This document shows, in pieces, positions 61,774-64,000 of a stretch of DNA of 64,000 bases. Numbering within the stretch: position 1 is the first letter of the stretch; every line of letters begins with the position of its first letter. This DNA is from Alphaproteobacteria bacterium (lineage in GTDB: Bacteria; Pseudomonadota; Alphaproteobacteria; Rs-D84; JAERRO01), in the NCBI GenBank assembly GCA_016735395.1, contig JAERRO010000001.1:2428-66427 (forward strand), read 5' to 3'. The notes under the pieces are model-generated. The model was not told where the DNA came from and did no database searches. It worked only from the letters and a program-made list of their open reading frames with translations. Both the position numbers and the translations under genes were made by a program.

Positions 61774-62724
61774 TTAAGATTGAGAAGGATATTCACATAA
61801 TATAAAAAATCCATTTCTTTCAACTGGTTCTCCCAAATTTTTGCCTTCTCTATATTTTTCTGCAAAAGGTTTATGGGAACATGAAATAGTTATCTTATCG
61901 TTATCGATCTCGAACATAAAATTTCCTCCTTGATTGTTCGTAAACATATCTACTCTAGAGGAGTCTCTATATTTATTGTAATTGATACAAGCGGAGGGGG
62001 CGTTTCCTATCATCGTTATTCCAGGGTTTACTATCTCTAGAAATGAAAAGCCTCTACCAGAATCCCTCCCATGATGAGGAGCTATAAATAAATCTATATT
62101 TGAAATATCATTCTTATGTTTTTTAATTAAATGTTCCCAAGTCTTATCATCACTATCACCACAAAATAATATCTTAAAATTACCTGTCTTATATAAGATA
62201 ACTCCAGAACAATCATTCCAGTCTCCAATTATATCAGCCTTTTGTATTAAATCTTTGGTTGGAGACAAAATCTTTAATCCGTCTTCTATTATAAAGCTTT
62301 TTTTAACGTCATCTTGTAAAGAGTGAGCTTTTTTTAATAGTTCTTTATAACAGTCCCAATCTTTTTTGTCTGTGTCAGAAATTTTTTCATCTGTTTTCTT
62401 TGTTTTATATCCCCAAAAATTATCAATCCCGATACATTCTTTTAATGCCTTTATTCCTTTTAAATGGTCCATATCTGGATGAGTTAAAAAAAATCTAAAT
62501 ATGGCTTCGTCTTTATAATACTTTTTTAAAAAATCGATAGGATTTATAGGATGTTTTTTCTCTCCGAAGTTTCCTCTCGTAGATGCTGTGACTGTTTCCG
62601 ATAACTGGATAGAATCTTTTAAAGACTTCCCGTTGTTAATATCAATCATCGTTAGTCTACCAGAATAATGTTGTATTATTGAGCTATCTCCATTACCTAC
62701 ATTTAGAAAATATATTTTTGACAT
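61774..62724 (-). CDS. ComEC/Rec2-like metallo-beta-lactamase-fold hydrolase (standalone)
   Basis: FLNVGNGDS, THPDMDH, CGD, APHHG. Confidence 0.85.
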   Translation of the reverse strand: MSKIYFLNVGNGDSSIIQHYSGRLTMIDINNGKSLKDSIQLSETVTASTRGNFGEKKHPINPIDFLKKYYKDEAIFRFFLTHPDMDHLKGIKALKECIGIDNFWGYKTKKTDEKISDTDKKDWDCYKELLKKAHSLQDDVKKSFIIEDGLKILSPTKDLIQKADIIGDWNDCSGVILYKTGNFKILFCGDSDDKTWEHLIKKHKNDISNIDLFIAPHHGRDSGRGFSFLEIVNPGITMIGNAPSACINYNKYRDSSRVDMFTNNQGGNFMFEIDNDKITISCSHKPFAEKYREGKNLGEPVERNGFFILCEYPSQS

Positions 62725-62735
62725 TTTTTATCCTT

Positions 62736-63206
62736 TTAGTTTATATCTATTATTTTTACTATTTTAATAGCATGTTTTCTTATAGAAAAAGTAAACAAGA
62801 TTATAAATGCTAAGAATATCAGTGACATTGAAAACATTCCTTTAAACATTGTTACTAAAAACAGAATGATAAACAGAGTATTTATATTTCTTGAAAAACC
62901 ATATTCCCTTGAGAGAAGTTCTAATCTTGGATTTGTATTTAAAGCTTTGTTAAATAGAGTATGATCTCTCCACGGAATTATTTTAATAGATTTGAAACAA
63001 TTTTCTAGAACTAGAGAACCTAATCTACTAATAACAGTACCGATAAAATAAGAGAAAGAGAGATAAATGATATTTAAATTTACTCCAGAAAATTGGTCTA
63101 ATCGGTTCAAATCTACTTTTATATTTATAAGACTAAGACCTATTATAAATAATATTCCTATGAAAATTTTATTTACTACTTCATAAAACGGTATTCCTGT
63201 TTTCAT
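62736..63206 (-). CDS. Multi-TM membrane protein
   Basis: Hydrophobic segments incl. SYFIGTVISRLGSLVLE; ATG at 63206 after GGAGG; 11 nt before the MBL gene. Confidence 0.75.
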   Translation of the reverse strand: MKTGIPFYEVVNKIFIGILFIIGLSLINIKVDLNRLDQFSGVNLNIIYLSFSYFIGTVISRLGSLVLENCFKSIKIIPWRDHTLFNKALNTNPRLELLSREYGFSRNINTLFIILFLVTMFKGMFSMSLIFLAFIILFTFSIRKHAIKIVKIIDIN

Positions 63207-63262
63207 ATAGTCCTCCACTTTCCTTTATTTACTGCAACAACTTATAGTGTCGTTACTATGAT

Positions 63263-63337
63263 TGGTGGGGGCAGGGGGATTCGAACCCTCGACCTGCTGA
63301 TTAAGAGTCAGTTGCTCTACCACTGAGCTATGCCCCC
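63263..63337 (-). tRNA. tRNA-Lys (CTT)
   Basis: Acceptor stem GGGGGCA/TGCCCCC, anticodon loop CTCTTAA, TTCGAAT, encoded CCA. Confidence 0.95.
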
Positions 63338-63433
63338 ATAATTTACTTACCTATATATAGACCGTTTATAAATAATTTTCAATACTAGACGACTACTTAT
63401 TTTGATCTTCTATTTCAATAGATCTATTCTACT

Positions 63434-64000
63434 TTAAAATTTATATATGATTCGAATTCCTATCTCTGACATCTTCCGATCGGACTCTAATAGTTTGTTT
63501 CCGCCGACTACAGTCGAAATATTACTGTTAGCAATGTCGAAGACATAACAAATTTCACTTCCGCTCAACGTTCCGTCTTGATTCGTACCTGTGACCGTAT
63601 CACATATTATAGTAGCACCAGCATCTTGATACCATGTGCCTTTATCAAGTGTAGGATTAAGTGTACCCGGCCCTCCTATGTCCGTCTGTATGGTAGTAGC
63701 ATATCCAGATGTTTGTGCCATACCTAGGTACGAGTATTTCATAAAGAAGGATAACTCTACTCTATCGTTTATATTAGTTCTCAAACCGAACTCACCCATA
63801 TAAGCTAAATTAATATTACTATCTCCTCCGTATATTGTATGAAAATCTATTATATTATGAGCCCCCGTTTGATCTATAGCAGTTGGGTCTTTAATAATAT
63901 TATTCCAACCTATTTCATCTAAATATTTTATCTCGCTAATCTCGTTTCGTGCAAAACCTAATCCTGCTCCTATATACGGAGCGAATGCTCCTATTTTTCC
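63434..64000 (-). CDS. Outer-membrane beta-barrel protein, 5' end outside window
   Basis: Frame is open to the window edge: APYIGAGLGFA..LAYMGEFG..YSYLG..GIRIIYKF with terminal Phe. Confidence 0.75.
   Translation of the reverse strand, partial: GKIGAFAPYIGAGLGFARNEISEIKYLDEIGWNNIIKDPTAIDQTGAHNIIDFHTIYGGDSNINLAYMGEFGLRTNINDRVELSFFMKYSYLGMAQTSGYATTIQTDIGGPGTLNPTLDKGTWYQDAGATIICDTVTGTNQDGTLSGSEICYVFDIANSNISTVVGGNKLLESDRKMSEIGIRIIYKF

Noticed and set aside
61774..62724. Competence gene comEC
   Set aside because: Only the MBL domain is present; the membrane channel domain is missing and the context is a defence island
52857..63262. attL/attR duplication of the tRNA-Lys 3' end, or an integrase, bounding the right island
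   Set aside because: No second copy of the tRNA 3' end and no recombinase ORF found
1..64000. Alternative genetic code
   Set aside because: Conserved genes are full length under the standard code, and TAA, TAG and TGA all end genes at the expected positions

Overview
AT-rich bacterial chromosome segment, most consistent with a divergent, fermentative alphaproteobacterium (inferred from DnaK, AddA, CtpA-EnvC, BamE and a TipN/GPR-like protein). The core (3.3-52.9 kb) carries ppa, a class A PBP, xseA, tsaD, nusB, bamE, two tandem full-length PFOR (nifJ-type) paralogs, ctpA, envC, rnj, recG, cysS, groESL, cca, era, dnaK, addA, recN, ffh, rlmE and sod. Interspersed are orphans: a 1427-aa Cys-rich secreted protein, a solo phage tail-fibre-like gene, a VgrG3-like muramidase and a RusA-like protein. 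Two defence-like islands lie 3' of tRNA genes. The left one (tRNA-Gly/Lys) has a KAP NTPase, a GIY-YIG protein and a restriction-enzyme remnant. The right one (tRNA-Lys CTT) has a type III R-M system split by inserted cassettes, a PD-(D/E)xK nuclease and a TM+MBL-hydrolase pair. Best novelty candidate: a DUF3800 (RNase H-like) gene with a convergently transcribed ~55-nt structured RNA that has its own promoter and terminator. It sits at the mod/res junction between exact 27-bp direct repeats. Several other accessory genes are also bracketed by duplicated promoter or RBS sequence. No CRISPR array, integrase or transposase was seen. All family calls come from motif recognition by eye, not database searches.
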